IMG/VR virus record: IMGVR_UViG_3300046171_000241
Length of the DNA stretch: 64,000 nucleotides
Direction: 5' to 3' (one strand)
Source: an uncultured virus (IMG/VR IMGVR_UViG_3300046171_000241)
Taxonomy: Duplodnaviria > Heunggongvirae > Uroviricota > Caudoviricetes
The notes under the pieces are model-generated. The model made no database searches. It was given only the letters and a program-made list of their open reading frames with translations, and was not told where the DNA came from. The stretch's first letter is position 1. The number at the start of each line of letters is the position of its first letter. Made by a program: the position numbers and the translations under genes. This document shows, one piece after another, positions 63,499 to 64,000 of the stretch.

Positions 63499-63583
63499 CC
63501 GTTCCTTCAGTCGTGTGCGTCCCCGAAGGGATGAACGATCCGTTCCGCGACCTACTTGCGTCCCACAGAGTGGGATGAACGAC
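63499..63583 (-). ncRNA. double glutamine riboswitch-like (glnA-motif) RNA
   Basis: Two units of CGTTCATCCC-loop-GGGACGCA..GGAACGG; E-loop halves AGTA and GAA; lies in the 5' UTR of a DUF4278-like gene. Confidence 0.8.
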
Positions 63584-63589
63584 AGGTCT

Positions 63590-63618
63590 ATTATAGACCT
63601 CATACCGTATTTAGTCAA
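63590..63618 (-). promoter_or_regulatory. sigma70-type promoter with overlapping late motif
   Basis: TTGACT-17 bp-TATAAT; CTAAATA at 63608-63614; predicted start near 63583, the first base of the RNA motif. Confidence 0.8.
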
Positions 63619-63625
63619 GTAGTTT

Positions 63626-63641
63626 TGTATAATACGATACA
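63626..63641. promoter_or_regulatory. putative NtcA binding site
   Basis: TGTA-TAATACGA-TACA matches TGTA-N8-TACA. Confidence 0.55.
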
Positions 63642-63653
63642 ATTTAATGTTTT

Positions 63654-63890
63654 CTAAACAAACATTCCTTCCCCTTTCATAAATTGAAGGGTTTCTTTCA
63701 TATCACCAATGTGCTTAAATCCAATATTAACTTGTGGGTATGTTGCATCTTTACCAAACTCTGCCTCAAATCCCCTTTGAGAAAAGTGATGATTCAGTTT
63801 ATACTCTAAAAATTCACCGCCTAATGATTTTAAGAGTTCTGCCATACGCTGACACTCTTGACTACCGTTGCTGTAAATTACTGCTGCCAT
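63654..63890 (-). CDS. glutaredoxin-like protein
   Basis: VIYS..SQEC..F.AEFG..ATYPQV..HIG; only one Cys at the active-site position. Confidence 0.75.
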   Translation of the reverse strand: MAAVIYSNGSQECQRMAELLKSLGGEFLEYKLNHHFSQRGFEAEFGKDATYPQVNIGFKHIGDMKETLQFMKGEGMFV

Positions 63891-64000
63891 TAGTCTTTAT
63901 AGGTAATTGTGATTTTTCTTTTTTCTACACCTTTATGATCAACTAAAAGAGAATGCTGAACCTCTGCATCCAAAAGTTCAGAAATCTTTTCCACTAAGTT
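63890..64000 (-). CDS. hypothetical protein (partial, starts beyond window)
   Basis: Open frame ..LVEKISELLDAEVQHSLLVDHKGVEKRKITITYKD whose stop overlaps the glutaredoxin ATG. Confidence 0.55.
   Translation of the reverse strand, partial: NLVEKISELLDAEVQHSLLVDHKGVEKRKITITYKD

Noticed and set aside
63463..63642. N-terminal extension of ORF 63295-63642
   Set aside because: It spans the promoter and riboswitch; the RBS supports the ATG at 63462.

Overview
This window is a 64-kb segment of an AT-rich T4-like cyanomyovirus (Synechococcus/Prochlorococcus phage), almost all on the minus strand. Positions 1-33,042 are a hypervariable fibre/adhesin island of repeated stalk, adaptor and glycine-rich or LamG tip genes, interrupted by four 2OG-Fe(II) oxygenases. 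Positions 33-34.4 kb carry tRNA-Thr(UGU), tRNA-Leu(UAA), small ORFs and a candidate sRNA. Positions 34.4-58.3 kb are tail/baseplate genes (gp5, hub, two hydrolase-bearing tape-measure-like proteins, gp51, gp26, gp4, gp2-like, gp48, gp53) plus CP12. Positions 58.3-64 kb hold gp32, gp59, gp33, an exonuclease, phoH, thyX and a glutaredoxin-like gene. The strongest leads are: (i) a nitrogen-sensing module at 63.24-63.64 kb (NtcA-type box, sigma70 promoter, interlocked double glutamine-riboswitch-like RNA, DUF4278/IF17-like peptide, terminator); (ii) an apparent docking code linking up to nine candidate receptor-binding tips to the fibre; (iii) a ~55-nt RNA partly complementary to the host Yfr1 motif; (iv) an insulated early oxygenase cassette inside the late fibre array. 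Many single-base indels split conserved genes and look like long-read errors. All family calls come from motif recognition, not database searches.
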